DNA of 64,000 bases from Candidatus Limnocylindrales bacterium (GCA_035559535.1 DATMBG010000012.1:1-64000), one strand, 5' to 3'. Positions 30,811-41,168 are shown, counted from the stretch's first letter. Program-made: numbers and translations. The notes: generated from the sequence alone by a model not told the origin.

Positions 30811-31512
30811 CTAGAGGTTAGGGATGAGCCGGTATTGCGTTTTATCTTCAACTCCCGCCGTCTTAAACCCACGAATTCGTTCGGCACATTTGTTGCAATT
30901 ACCACAATGAATCCACTCACCCGGGGAAACCGGTTGGGGATTATTGCAGGTTAACGTCAGTTCCAAAGGCAGTCCCAACTCCATTCCTATTTGGATAACC
31001 TGGGTTTTTGAAAGTTCACGGAAGGGAGTAAGAATCTCTATCTTTTTTCTTAATCCCATGCTCAACCAGGTAGATCCCAGCTTAAAAAACTCCGGAGTTG
31101 CGTCTGGAAAAGGGTTTCCTGCCAGTGAACCCAGAGCAATCGTTTGAATTCCTTCCAGGGTACAATAAATGGCCGTCTTGGAAAGTAAAACAATATTTCG
31201 ACCTGTAATCTCAACGGCTGCATCGGGTGCATGATAGCCCGGAACGTTTTGGCCACTTAAGCTCCAATCTTTGGGGTTATAAACATCCGTCATGGGTAAG
31301 GAGAGCACTTTGGGACCCCGAACCCGATAACTATCCTCAGGAAACTGCCCCCGGATTACCTTTAAGATCTTTCTTAGCGCGATAAGCTCTGCTTCTTCCC
31401 AGGGATGACCCGCTTTAACAAAGACAAAGTAAACCTCATTTCCTTCTTTGGCAAGTTTGAAACCCAAAACCGTGCTATCGATCCCGCCGCTGGATAAAAC
31501 TGCAATCTTCAT
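30811..31512 (-). CDS. queC: QueC-family ATP pyrophosphatase (7-cyano-7-deazaguanine synthase-like, divergent)
   Basis: SGGIDS PP-loop, GRN, FPD, C...HCGNCNKC.ER zinc site. Confidence 0.8.
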   Translation of the reverse strand: MKIAVLSSGGIDSTVLGFKLAKEGNEVYFVFVKAGHPWEEAELIALRKILKVIRGQFPEDSYRVRGPKVLSLPMTDVYNPKDWSLSGQNVPGYHAPDAAVEITGRNIVLLSKTAIYCTLEGIQTIALGSLAGNPFPDATPEFFKLGSTWLSMGLRKKIEILTPFRELSKTQVIQIGMELGLPLELTLTCNNPQPVSPGEWIHCGNCNKCAERIRGFKTAGVEDKTQYRLIPNL

Positions 31513-31602
31513 TTTTATCAGTTACCCGCCCCACCCCTACCCTCCCCGCATGCGGGGAGGGAGCGAGAAAGGGGCAGGGAGGATCAACGGGCAGTGGACA
31601 GG

Positions 31603-32010
31603 TTAATTCTCTTCATTATAAGCAGCCAGAGAGCCAGGGGTTTCCCAGACCCGAACTTCAAACACCGGAAGTCCCTGGGTCTTGGCCTGGATAAAAATTT
31701 CTCGGGCAATAACTTCTGCGGTCGGATTATCCTCAAAGAGGTACACCGGCTCTCCCCGACCTTTGAATACTTCTACCAGAGGGTCTTTTTTGTTTAATAA
31801 CATTTTATGATCAAGAGTCTCGTAGATCCAGGTTTTCATCGTTCTCTCAATATCATCAAAATCGTACACCATTCCCAGGGAATCCAGTTTATTGGAGCGC
31901 AGTTCTATTTCCACAAGCCCATTATGTCCATGTACCTGTGCACATTTACCCTTGTAATTGAGAAGTCGATGACCGTAGATAAAATGAATTTGTTGAACTA
32001 CTCTATACAT
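31603..32010 (-). CDS. queD: 6-carboxytetrahydropterin synthase
   Basis: HRL...GKCAQVHGHN, GMV.DF, LDH, NPTAE, VWET. Confidence 0.9.
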   Translation of the reverse strand: MYRVVQQIHFIYGHRLLNYKGKCAQVHGHNGLVEIELRSNKLDSLGMVYDFDDIERTMKTWIYETLDHKMLLNKKDPLVEVFKGRGEPVYLFEDNPTAEVIAREIFIQAKTQGLPVFEVRVWETPGSLAAYNEEN

Positions 32011-32094
32011 AATTCTGTGGAAGATAAGGGATAAAACGTATCTTTCCTCCTTTATACTTCAACCGGGGACGGTTAAGCTACCACATCCCTTTGA

Positions 32095-32853
32095 CTAAAA
32101 CGTCCGAACCCCCGCACCGGCATCTATAAGAATTGTACTCCCGGTCTTTCCTTTAGACTTAACCAGATGAACTACTTCTTCTGCGATTTCTTCGGGAGTC
32201 ACTTCCTGTTTTAAGGGAAGTTTCTCCCGAATCTGCTGGATTTCTTCGGGAGAAAAATCCTCGGGAGCTATAACCAGTGCAGGCGCAACGGCGTTGACTA
32301 AAACCTCGGGTGCAAGCTCTTCGGCAAGAACCTGGGTGATACCGTAGAGTCCATATTTGGTTATCAAATAGGGTCCATAATCTTTATAAGCCGTCCCTTT
32401 AATGGTACATCGATCTGTAATGTTAATAATCCGACCCCATCCCCTCTGTTTCATGTCCATTCCTATCTTCCCGGCCAGATAGAAAGGAGCCCTCATATGG
32501 ATTGCAACCAACTGATCAAAAATCCCTTCATAGAACTCACGATTCAAGAAAAGCCCTTCAAAGGGCGTTTTAGGGAACTCGGAAGCATTATTCACCAGAA
32601 TATCGATTTGTCCAAATTCTGCCACAGCCTTTTGAATGAGAGAATCACAATCTGCCAGTTTGACCAAATCTGCTTGAAGAGCAAGGCCCCGAGCTCCTCT
32701 TTCTGTGATGGCTCGAACTGTTTCTAACGCTTCTTCCCGGCTCCTTCGGTAATTGACAACCACATCGATACCTTCTTCTGCAAGCCTTAAGGCGATCTGC
32801 CTACCGATTCGTCGAGCCCCTCCTGTAACCAGAGCCACCTTTCCTTTAAGCAT
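32095..32853 (-). CDS. SDR oxidoreductase, pteridine reductase (FolM/PTR1)-like
   Basis: TGGARRIG, LVNNAS.F, IINITD, YxxTK. Confidence 0.8.
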   Translation of the reverse strand: MLKGKVALVTGGARRIGRQIALRLAEEGIDVVVNYRRSREEALETVRAITERGARGLALQADLVKLADCDSLIQKAVAEFGQIDILVNNASEFPKTPFEGLFLNREFYEGIFDQLVAIHMRAPFYLAGKIGMDMKQRGWGRIINITDRCTIKGTAYKDYGPYLITKYGLYGITQVLAEELAPEVLVNAVAPALVIAPEDFSPEEIQQIREKLPLKQEVTPEEIAEEVVHLVKSKGKTGSTILIDAGAGVRTF

Positions 32854-32868
32854 GGTTCATTCTCATCC

Positions 32869-33027
32869 CATACGCATCAAGGTAAGGATTAGATGTGGGG
32901 TCCAGGCCTCCCCCTTGCCTTCCCCAAAGGTGGATTTAGAAGGTTACCCGCCAAATTCCCTCTGGAGGGGGAAGGGAGGTGTTCAGGCTAAAAATAAGGT
33001 TTTCCTCTTCTTAGCTTGATGCGTATG
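32869..33027. mobile_element. MITE-like element with 18-bp terminal inverted repeats
   Basis: CATACGCATCAAGGTAAG ... CTTAGCTTGATGCGTATG (1 mismatch); no ORF inside. Confidence 0.7.
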
Positions 33028-33164
33028 ACCCTTAAGCCCCTCTCCCACAGCGGGGGGTTAAAAGACCCCCTTTCCCAATCCTTCCCCTTCTCCGGCAGGG
33101 GAAGAAACGTTGTGGTTAAGTTCCCCTTCCTTACGAAGTGGGGAAGGGTTAGGGTTAATAAAAA

Positions 33165-34331
33165 TTAACATGTGGTCCCGGAAGGATCGCCAAGATAAGC
33201 AGCCCTTTGCCTTTCTTCTCTATCCGGGAGTTCTGCCTTTTTGATTACTTTATTATAAACCATTTCAATGTTACCATCGATACGTTCCCGGTACTGGCCC
33301 CGAGGGTACTTGGACATGGGTTTCTCATACTGAGGGGCCAATTGATCCGCCACGGCTTTCTTCATTTCATCCAGGGTCGCTCCTTCTGCGGCAGCCTTCT
33401 TTACCGCTGCAATGAGATCGGTTAAATAACCTCGAAAGAATTTTAGATGATCTTTGGGAGCTACTTCTCCATGTCCCACGATCATGTGGGTGAAGTCTAA
33501 TTTCTCTACTTCATTTAAAGTCTGTATCCATTCCTCCGGATAGCTGTCGTTGAGAAAGGGCATCCAGTCGATAACACTGTCTCCCGTTATCAGGACTTTT
33601 TCCTGAGGTAAATAAATAAATACATCTCCGGAGGTATGGGCCCGACCCAGATAAAGGAGTCGAATTTCTCGCCCTTTTTCATAAAGGGTGATGGAATTTC
33701 CAAAACTTGCAGTGGGTAAGGTCGGCTTCAGTTCTTTAAGTTCTTTCAGATACGCTTCGGCCTGTTGCAGGTTGGATTCTATGCTGGCTTTTACCTCAGG
33801 GTCGGTAGCCCTACGAAGATCCTCCTTCAGTTTTTCGATTTCTTGGGGGACAATTTCTTGAATTTGTTTTTCTATGTAGGAAATACCTCCCACCCCTGCC
33901 CCGGGCCTGATCATATTATCTCGGGTAATATGAGAAGTCACAATTTCCGTATCTGGAAAAGCCGCCGCATACACTTCATTTCCCTGCCAGTGATCCCAGT
34001 GAAAATGGGTGTTGATCAACTTACGAATCGGTTTGTTGGTGATTCCCTGGATCTCCTTCAGAAGAGATCGAGCCGCCGAGGGCTTAGAATGGGAATCCAC
34101 TACAATGACTCCATCTTCATTCACAATTACGGCCGCGTTACAATTAACTTTATATTGAAAAGCCGCAATCCCTGCGTATACCCCTTCGGCTACCTGCTTT
34201 AATTCAAACAATCCTTTGGTTTCTTCTTCGGCAAACACCCGTGAAGGATCCAAGGTATCGAAGGTTTGAATGGCAGTGGCTGCAATCCCCATCCCTGCTA
34301 AAAATTGTCTTCGGGTCCATGGAGTTTCCAT
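33165..34331 (-). CDS. Tat-exported MBL-fold metallohydrolase (cyclase-like) with a helical insertion
   Basis: TRRQFL twin-arginine signal; THFHWDH, AHTSGD, GD, GHG. Confidence 0.88.
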   Translation of the reverse strand: METPWTRRQFLAGMGIAATAIQTFDTLDPSRVFAEEETKGLFELKQVAEGVYAGIAAFQYKVNCNAAVIVNEDGVIVVDSHSKPSAARSLLKEIQGITNKPIRKLINTHFHWDHWQGNEVYAAAFPDTEIVTSHITRDNMIRPGAGVGGISYIEKQIQEIVPQEIEKLKEDLRRATDPEVKASIESNLQQAEAYLKELKELKPTLPTASFGNSITLYEKGREIRLLYLGRAHTSGDVFIYLPQEKVLITGDSVIDWMPFLNDSYPEEWIQTLNEVEKLDFTHMIVGHGEVAPKDHLKFFRGYLTDLIAAVKKAAAEGATLDEMKKAVADQLAPQYEKPMSKYPRGQYRERIDGNIEMVYNKVIKKAELPDREERQRAAYLGDPSGTTC

Positions 34332-34457
34332 TTTTTGTTTCCCCCCTTTATCTTATAACCAAATTAAGTTTAGAATCGCTGATTTATCCTTAAAGTACCC
34401 CTCCCCTCTGGCCCTCCTTTCAAGGGTACCTTTTTTGGATCTAACCCCTCCAACTCC

Positions 34458-34549
34458 CATAAGGACCAGGACAAGGATAAAAAGCCCCATCAGGGGGCGC
34501 ATGGTTGGTAGCCCCCTCTGGGGCTAACCTTCTTATCCTGGCGTGTAGG
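34458..34549. mobile_element. MITE-like element (same TIR family) with internal palindromes
   Basis: CATAAGGACCAGGACAAG ... CTTATCCTGGCGTGTAGG. Confidence 0.55.
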
Positions 34550-34977
34550 CCTCCGACCCCCCTTCCCTACGAGGGAAGGAGAAAATTGGAACCCAGGTCA
34601 TCCCCGAGTTCCCCTTTCCGGACACGGGAAGGGGGTTAGGGGATCAGGTTAGAAAAAACCTGCGTTCTTCAGGCCCCAACCCTCCCGCTTCACAGGGGAG
34701 GGACTTTGACTGCAACGTTCCTTAAAAAATATCGTTGGATTAGCTATAGAGTTATATTCAAAGATCTCTCTTGTCAAACAAAATTTGTCCGGCAAGGCGG
34801 AATTCAAATGGAAATTTTTTAATAATTTTTCTTGACTTGCTCACTTTTAAGTGTCTAGATGAGAGAACAAAGATAAGCTAGAAATGAGGAATTTGATTCT
34901 GGAAAATTAAGGATCTCCGTGGAAAAATCGATAGAGTAAACCTTAAGTTCTCCCTCCGTGGAGGAAAGTCTCGGACC

Positions 34978-37443
34978 ATGAAGATTTGTTTTAATAAATC
35001 TCAAACTTTTCTGAAAAAATGGCTCCTCCGGCAGAGAGATCCCCCTCTACCTCAGGGGGATAATACGCCGGTAGACCTCTTCCGGTTCAGAAAAAGGGAA
35101 AACCCTGTAGACCTTCCTAAAGAAACAAATCCAGATTCTTCACATTTGGCACAAAAAATGAGAAACTGGAGAGGTAAGAATCCTCTTCCCCTTCCTGGGT
35201 CCAAAGCGATTATCCTGGGTTTCCTGGTAGGAATATCAGGGCTTGTAATTGGTTTATCCCCTATTGGGTTTATCCTTGAGGAAAACCTGGGTCTGAATCT
35301 ACTGTTCCGACTTAGAGGGGCCCGGCCACCTCCGCCTGAAGTCCTGATCGTCAATATAGATAAGGCCTCTGCAACTCATCTCAAATTATCCCATAATCCC
35401 AAGAAATGGCCACGCTCTCTCTACGCTCGCCTTACAGAGAGCCTGGTAAAACAAGGGGCTGCCATTATTGTCTTCGACCTGATTTTTGATGAACCCGGTT
35501 CCCCCAGTGAAGATGCTCTGTTTGCAGATGCAATCCATAAAGCCGGTAATGTCATCCTCTTTAAATACCTGGATGGAGAAATCGTCTCCTTGCCGGATAA
35601 GAAAGGCTTGTCGACTGTAGGTTTGAATATTGAGAGATGGGTCCTGCCGATTCCTCCTCTTGCCCAATCTGCTCTGGCCATAGCTCCTTTTCCTTTGCCC
35701 AAGGTGCCTGCCCGGCTGAATCAGTATTGGATGTTCAAGGCGGGTGCAGGGGATATGCCTACTTTGCCGGTTGTAGCGTTCCAAACCTTCGCGTTACAGG
35801 TCTACGACGAATTTCTCCAGTTGTTGAAAAAGGTGAATCCGGCTCAAGCCGAGAAACTTCCCGGGGATAAACGGGTTCTTACCACTTCCGCTGATATTGA
35901 AAACCTCATTTTGACGCTGCGATCCATATTTCAAAACAATCCACGGGTCGCAAGGGAAATGCTCAAAGAACTCCAGATCTCCAGGGTCTTGGTGGAGGAT
36001 GGGAGAAAGAATCGAATTCTGCAATCCCTGATCCGGATGTATCAGCACGCGGATACCCAATACTTGAACTTTTACGGCCCTTCCGGTACGATGCCGACGG
36101 TTTCTTACCCTGAGGTTCTACAGGTTGAGGAAAAATCTGTTGCCAGTTCTCATCTCGTAGATTTAAAAGGTAAAGTGGTCTTTATTGGATCCTCTGGAAA
36201 CCTGCGGTCAGAGCTGAAAGATGATTTTCATACCGTTTTCTCCCAACCCAATGGATTGGATCTGACAGGCGTTGAAATTGCGGCAACCGCCTTCGCAAAC
36301 CTGTTGGAAGATGAATCTATTACGCCCCCTTCCCTTCTTGAGCAATCCGTCATTATTCTTCTATGGGGAATAACCTTGGGAATTCTTTGCCGTTTACTTC
36401 CGATTGTTCTCGGAGCCATGGGTGTCTTAGGACTCAGCATCCTGTATCTTATGGCTACTTATTATGAATTTAAAACAACGGAGAGCTGGTATCCAGTGGT
36501 CATACCTCTCCTTTTCCAGGTTCCCCTGACCTTCTTTGGGGCTGTTCTGTGGAAGTATCGGGATGCTCACCGGGAACGTCAAAACATTCGGGAGGCCCTG
36601 GGTTATTACCTGCCCAATGAAATGGTGGATCAGTTGGCAAAAAACGTAGCCCATATCAAAACAGGCGGTCAACTGGTTTACGGAGTTTGTTTAGCAACCG
36701 ATGCAGAACAATACACCCCTCTGGCGGAAAGGGTGAGTCCTCAACAATTGAGCCAGATTATGAATGAATATTATGGGGCTGTGTTTGAGCCGGTCCTGCA
36801 AAATAGCGGAGTTATATCCGATGTAATAGGAGATTCCATGCTTGCCTTGTGGGTGGCAACGCAACCGGACCGTGCTCTCAAGAATCAAGCCTGCCTGGCA
36901 GCCCTTGGAATCGCCGGCGCTGTGGATCGGTTCAATCAATCTTCCCATAATTTACAACTTCCTACCCGTATTGGCCTTCATTTTGGTCAGATGTCGTTGG
37001 GGAATATAGGTGCCATCCGTCACTATGAGTACCGTGCTGTCGGAGATGTGGTCAATACGGCCAACAGGCTTCAGGATCTGAATAAGCAAATGGGTACCCG
37101 CATATTGATTTCCAGTGAAGTATCCGATCAATTGGAGGGTTTCTTGATCCGGGAGCTGGGTAAATTTCTGCTACCCGGAAAGTCGAACCCCGTGGGAATT
37201 TGTGAATTAATGGGTCGTACAGAGACGTGTAGAGAGCAACAACATCAACTTTGTGCGATTTTCACCATGGCCCTGGAGGCCTTCCGCAGGCAATCTTGGG
37301 AAGAGGCTATTGAAAAGTTGAATGAGATCCTCAAAATCCATAAAAACGACGGACCTTCACTCTTTTACTTAAAGTTGTGTAAGCAATACCAACAGAATCC
37401 CCCCAAGGAACCTTGGGACGGCACGGTTCGTATGAAAAAATAA
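34978..37443 (+). CDS. CHASE2-domain class III nucleotide cyclase (start may be 35158)
   Basis: N-terminal TM; CHASE2 motifs (IVNID, WPRS, VFDLIF, GVEIAA); 3 TM; TD...GD...GDVVNTANRL catalytic motifs; C-terminal PP..WDG. Confidence 0.92.
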   Translation: MKICFNKSQTFLKKWLLRQRDPPLPQGDNTPVDLFRFRKRENPVDLPKETNPDSSHLAQKMRNWRGKNPLPLPGSKAIILGFLVGISGLVIGLSPIGFILEENLGLNLLFRLRGARPPPPEVLIVNIDKASATHLKLSHNPKKWPRSLYARLTESLVKQGAAIIVFDLIFDEPGSPSEDALFADAIHKAGNVILFKYLDGEIVSLPDKKGLSTVGLNIERWVLPIPPLAQSALAIAPFPLPKVPARLNQYWMFKAGAGDMPTLPVVAFQTFALQVYDEFLQLLKKVNPAQAEKLPGDKRVLTTSADIENLILTLRSIFQNNPRVAREMLKELQISRVLVEDGRKNRILQSLIRMYQHADTQYLNFYGPSGTMPTVSYPEVLQVEEKSVASSHLVDLKGKVVFIGSSGNLRSELKDDFHTVFSQPNGLDLTGVEIAATAFANLLEDESITPPSLLEQSVIILLWGITLGILCRLLPIVLGAMGVLGLSILYLMATYYEFKTTESWYPVVIPLLFQVPLTFFGAVLWKYRDAHRERQNIREALGYYLPNEMVDQLAKNVAHIKTGGQLVYGVCLATDAEQYTPLAERVSPQQLSQIMNEYYGAVFEPVLQNSGVISDVIGDSMLALWVATQPDRALKNQACLAALGIAGAVDRFNQSSHNLQLPTRIGLHFGQMSLGNIGAIRHYEYRAVGDVVNTANRLQDLNKQMGTRILISSEVSDQLEGFLIRELGKFLLPGKSNPVGICELMGRTETCREQQHQLCAIFTMALEAFRRQSWEEAIEKLNEILKIHKNDGPSLFYLKLCKQYQQNPPKEPWDGTVRMKK

Positions 37444-37653
37444 CCTGTTTCCCGTTTTAATCCTTTGGTAAGTACTCCCCATCCGCTCCCTCCTCCGTTT
37501 CACAGGGGAGGGAACTTTGATCACAACCTTCTCTCCCCTGCGGAGCGGGGGAAGGTCAGTAGGTTAACCTTCCCCGGTTGATGTGAAGGGGACTTTCTCA
37601 AATACCCGGGCCTCTATTTGAGCTCCTCAACGGGAGCGAGAAAGGCTGTGGCT

Positions 37654-40600
37654 ATGAGCACAAAAATAACCAGGTATCCAAGGTTCCAATTCGACTTACT
37701 TTTTTTAAGCCTATCTCTGTTCATAGGTTTATTAGCAATGTTTCTCTTCCCCAATTCGGCGGTTGCAGAATTCTGCGAGGCACCTGTAGCCAACGTGGTT
37801 TCCGTGGAGGGGAGCGTAGAAGCCCTCAGGGCAGGGGAGACCGAATGGGAGCCGGTTTTATTTGGGGATAGTTTCTGTCCTGGAGATAGGATCCGGGTCC
37901 AGGCAAACAGTCGGGCTGCCATCCTCTTGAGTAATGAGACCCTTCTCCGTTTAGATGAGAATACCGTCGTGACCTTCCTGGAACCGGAACCCAAAGAAAC
38001 CTCCCTGTTAGATTTATTCATCGGAGTTATCCACTTTATCAGCCGGGTTCCCCGAGGCTTAAGAGTCACCACTCCTTATATTAATGCTGCTATTGAGGGA
38101 ACTGAGTTCTTGATGGTTGTCGAAGAAGACCGGGCCCGGATCACCGTATTTGAAGGACGGGTCGTAGCGGCGAATGAGTTTGGAAGTCTGACCCTCACCG
38201 AGGGCCAATCCGCCGAAGCCCTGGCAGGTCAGGCTCCTGTTTTACGCATTGCCGTCCGTCCAAGGGATGCCGTACAGTGGGCTCTGTATTATCCCCCTAT
38301 TCTGGATTATCGTCCCGGTGATTTTGCAGGAGGGGCCGATTGGCAGGTCAGGGTTCGTCAATCCATTCAATTCTACAACGAGCGTAACCTGGCTCAGGCC
38401 TTTGCGGTTTTGGAAGGAGCCCCGGAAGATATCTCGGATCCTCGGTTTTACCTCTATCGGGCGGCATTACTCCTTTCGGTGGGACGGGTGGAGAAAGCCC
38501 AAAGGGATATTGAGAAGGCGTTAAGTTTGGATCCCCGGAATAGTTCTGCCTTTGCCCTTCAGTCTATGATAGCCGTGGTTCAAAATGATAAGGATCGGGC
38601 ATTAAGTCTGGCCCAAAAGGCCGTAGAGGTAGATCCCCAATCGGCTTCTGCGCGACTGGCACTTTCTTATGCCTTACAGGCCCGGTTTGAGGTACAGGGA
38701 GCTTTAGCAAGTCTGCGGGAGGCAGTGAAGCGGAATCCCGAAAACAGTTTAGTGCGGGCTCGGTTATCAGAGATGTGGTTATCGGTGGGGAATCTGGGTA
38801 AAGCTGTGGAGACGGCAAAGAAAGCGGTAAAGTTGAATCCGAAATTGGCCCGTACTCAAACGGTTTTGGGATTTGCTTACCTGGATCAAATCAAGATCCG
38901 GGAAGCCAGGAAGGCTTTTGAGGAAGCCATCCAATTGGATCAGGCCGATCCTCTACCCCACTTAGGTTTGGGGTTGACGATCCTACGGGACGGGGATCTG
39001 AAAAAGGGTCGGAGAGAACTCGAGATTGCGGCGAGTCTGGACCCGAACACCTCATTGATTCGCAGCTATTTGGGTAAAGCCTATTATGAAGAGAAGCGGG
39101 ATAAGCCGGCCGGGAAAGAGCTGGCAACTGCCAAAGAACTGGACCCTCAAGATCCAACACCTTGGTTTTATGATGCGATTCGAAAACAGACCATGAATCG
39201 ACCTGTGGAGGCGTTGCGAGATTTGGAAAGATCCCTGGAGTTGAACAACAATCGGGCCGTCTATCGATCCCGACTCTTATTGGAAGAAGATCTGGCCGCC
39301 CGGAGCGCTGGTCTCTCTCGAATTTACCACGATCTCGGATTCGAGCAATTAGCCTTGGTAGAAGGTTGGAGATCGGTGAATACCGACCCCGCTAACTACT
39401 CGGCCCATCGACTCCTGGCCGATTCCTATGCGGCTTTACCCCGCCATGAGATTGCCAGAGTGAGTGAACTTCTCCAATCTCAACTCCTTCAACCCCTTAA
39501 CATTACGCCGATTCAGCCCGAGCTGGCAGAAACTAACCTCTTCATTTTGAGTGGAGCAGGTCCAACCGAGCTTTCATTTAATGAGTTCAATCCGCTTTTT
39601 AACCGGAACCGGTTTGCGTTGCAAATCCATGGAATTGCCGGTGAGAATAATACCTTCGGCAACGAGATAATCCATTCAGCAGTACAGGGGAGACTCTCGT
39701 ATAGTATCGGCCAATTCCACTACGAGACAGAGGGATTTCGAGAAAATAACGACCAGAATCAGGACATCTACAATGTATTTACCCAACTACGCCTCTCTCC
39801 CGAAGCGAGTATCCAGGCTGAACTCAGATATAGAGAGACTGAAAAAGGGGATCTCGGACTTAGATTCGATCCCAATAACTTTAATCCTACGCTTAGACAA
39901 AAAGTACAGCCGGAATCTATTCGGCTGGGTTTCCATCAAGCTTTTACCTCCCGTTCTGATCTCCTTGCCTACATTATTTATCAGAATAGGACTGAAGATG
40001 TCGATTTTACGTTGGATAGCACTTCTACCTTTGAGGAAACTCTAAAAAGTAACGATTATATGGCTGAAATCCAGCATCTGTTTCGCTTCGAACGATTTAA
40101 CCTGATCAGTGGTATAGGATATTTCAACTCGGATTTGAGAACCGTCGTAAATTTCCTTCCCTTTTTTTCAGATACCCAGGAAAACCTCCTTCATCACACC
40201 AACCCTTATGTATATTCACAGATCGATTATCCGAAAAACATGATCTGGACTCTTGGGGGAAGTGGGGACTTTTTTGAAGGTGTGCCGGTGGATCGCAACC
40301 AATTCAACCCCAAACTGGGGTTAACCTGGAATCCACTTCCTACGACCACCCTTCGCGCGGCCGTATTTAGGGTTTTGAAAAAATCCCTGATTCTGAACCA
40401 AACCCTTGAACCGACCCAAGTAGCCGGTTTCAATCAGTTTTTTGACGATGGTCCTGGCACAGAGTCCTGGCGCTACGGTATCGCCGTTGATCAAAAGCTC
40501 CCTGCGCAGATCTATGCCGGTGCGGAGTTTTCCAAACGAGACTTGAACGTCCCCTTTGAAAAGATAATGGGGCCAATCCGGCAAATCCAGGAGGCTAATT

Positions 40601-41052
40601 GGGAAGAGCATCTGGGTCGTTCCTATCTCTACTGGACACCCCAGGTTTGGCTGGCAGTCAGTACAGAATATCAATATGAACGTTTTGAAAGGCCACTTGA
40701 CGCGACAGGCCCGGAATTAATAACCGAGCTCAGGACCCATCGGCTCCCCTTAGGGGTCAGCTTTTTCCATCCCTCAGGATTTAAGGTGCGGCTAAAAGCA
40801 ACCTATGTGAATCAAAAGGGCAATTTCGTAAGTTTTGGAGCCGGTCCGATTCCGATTGTTACACCCGATGCCGATCAGTTTTGGGTCATTGATACCTCTA
40901 TCGGTTACCGTCTGCCCAGGCGGTGGGGTCTCCTCACTCTTGAGGCTAAAAATCTGTTTAATGAAGCGTTTAAGTTTCAGGATACAGATCCTGAAAATCC
41001 ACAAATAGAGCCGAAACGTCTGGTCTTTGTCAGGCTTACTCTGGCATTCTAG
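37654..41052 (+). CDS. FecR-like + TPR + outer-membrane beta-barrel receptor (NsrA-like architecture)
   Basis: Signal peptide; GD.I..., V.TP...AAIEGTEF, V.EG.V FecR motifs; TPRs; beta-barrel ending LTLAF. Confidence 0.88.
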   Translation: MSTKITRYPRFQFDLLFLSLSLFIGLLAMFLFPNSAVAEFCEAPVANVVSVEGSVEALRAGETEWEPVLFGDSFCPGDRIRVQANSRAAILLSNETLLRLDENTVVTFLEPEPKETSLLDLFIGVIHFISRVPRGLRVTTPYINAAIEGTEFLMVVEEDRARITVFEGRVVAANEFGSLTLTEGQSAEALAGQAPVLRIAVRPRDAVQWALYYPPILDYRPGDFAGGADWQVRVRQSIQFYNERNLAQAFAVLEGAPEDISDPRFYLYRAALLLSVGRVEKAQRDIEKALSLDPRNSSAFALQSMIAVVQNDKDRALSLAQKAVEVDPQSASARLALSYALQARFEVQGALASLREAVKRNPENSLVRARLSEMWLSVGNLGKAVETAKKAVKLNPKLARTQTVLGFAYLDQIKIREARKAFEEAIQLDQADPLPHLGLGLTILRDGDLKKGRRELEIAASLDPNTSLIRSYLGKAYYEEKRDKPAGKELATAKELDPQDPTPWFYDAIRKQTMNRPVEALRDLERSLELNNNRAVYRSRLLLEEDLAARSAGLSRIYHDLGFEQLALVEGWRSVNTDPANYSAHRLLADSYAALPRHEIARVSELLQSQLLQPLNITPIQPELAETNLFILSGAGPTELSFNEFNPLFNRNRFALQIHGIAGENNTFGNEIIHSAVQGRLSYSIGQFHYETEGFRENNDQNQDIYNVFTQLRLSPEASIQAELRYRETEKGDLGLRFDPNNFNPTLRQKVQPESIRLGFHQAFTSRSDLLAYIIYQNRTEDVDFTLDSTSTFEETLKSNDYMAEIQHLFRFERFNLISGIGYFNSDLRTVVNFLPFFSDTQENLLHHTNPYVYSQIDYPKNMIWTLGGSGDFFEGVPVDRNQFNPKLGLTWNPLPTTTLRAAVFRVLKKSLILNQTLEPTQVAGFNQFFDDGPGTESWRYGIAVDQKLPAQIYAGAEFSKRDLNVPFEKIMGPIRQIQEANWEEHLGRSYLYWTPQVWLAVSTEYQYERFERPLDATGPELITELRTHRLPLGVSFFHPSGFKVRLKATYVNQKGNFVSFGAGPIPIVTPDADQFWVIDTSIGYRLPRRWGLLTLEAKNLFNEAFKFQDTDPENPQIEPKRLVFVRLTLAF

Positions 41053-41168
41053 CTTTTCCCAACGAAAGGAGGTGATTACATCGGATCCAACACCAGTGGG
41101 TTTAAAATGGAGTGAAAGAATTATTGTAAACCCCTAAGAGGGTTTACATCCTTAACAGGAGGTAAACA

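Noticed and set aside
30811-32010. queC/queD as an anti-phage system (QatABCD, CBASS type IV, Dpd)
   Set aside because: No TatD, P-loop ATPase, CD-NTase, TGT/DpdA or other defence genes nearby.
32011-32094. preQ1 riboswitch ahead of queD
   Set aside because: Alternative hairpins (GGGAU/GUCCC versus UUAACCG/CGGUUGA) and a displaced AAAGGAGG are present, but the preQ1-I loop and A-rich tail and the class II/III consensus are not.
34842-34857. TTAAGTGTCTA shared between the cyclase promoter region and the XRE upstream dyad (54170-54180, reverse complement)
   Set aside because: A single 11-mer match in AT-rich DNA is within chance given the number of comparisons made.
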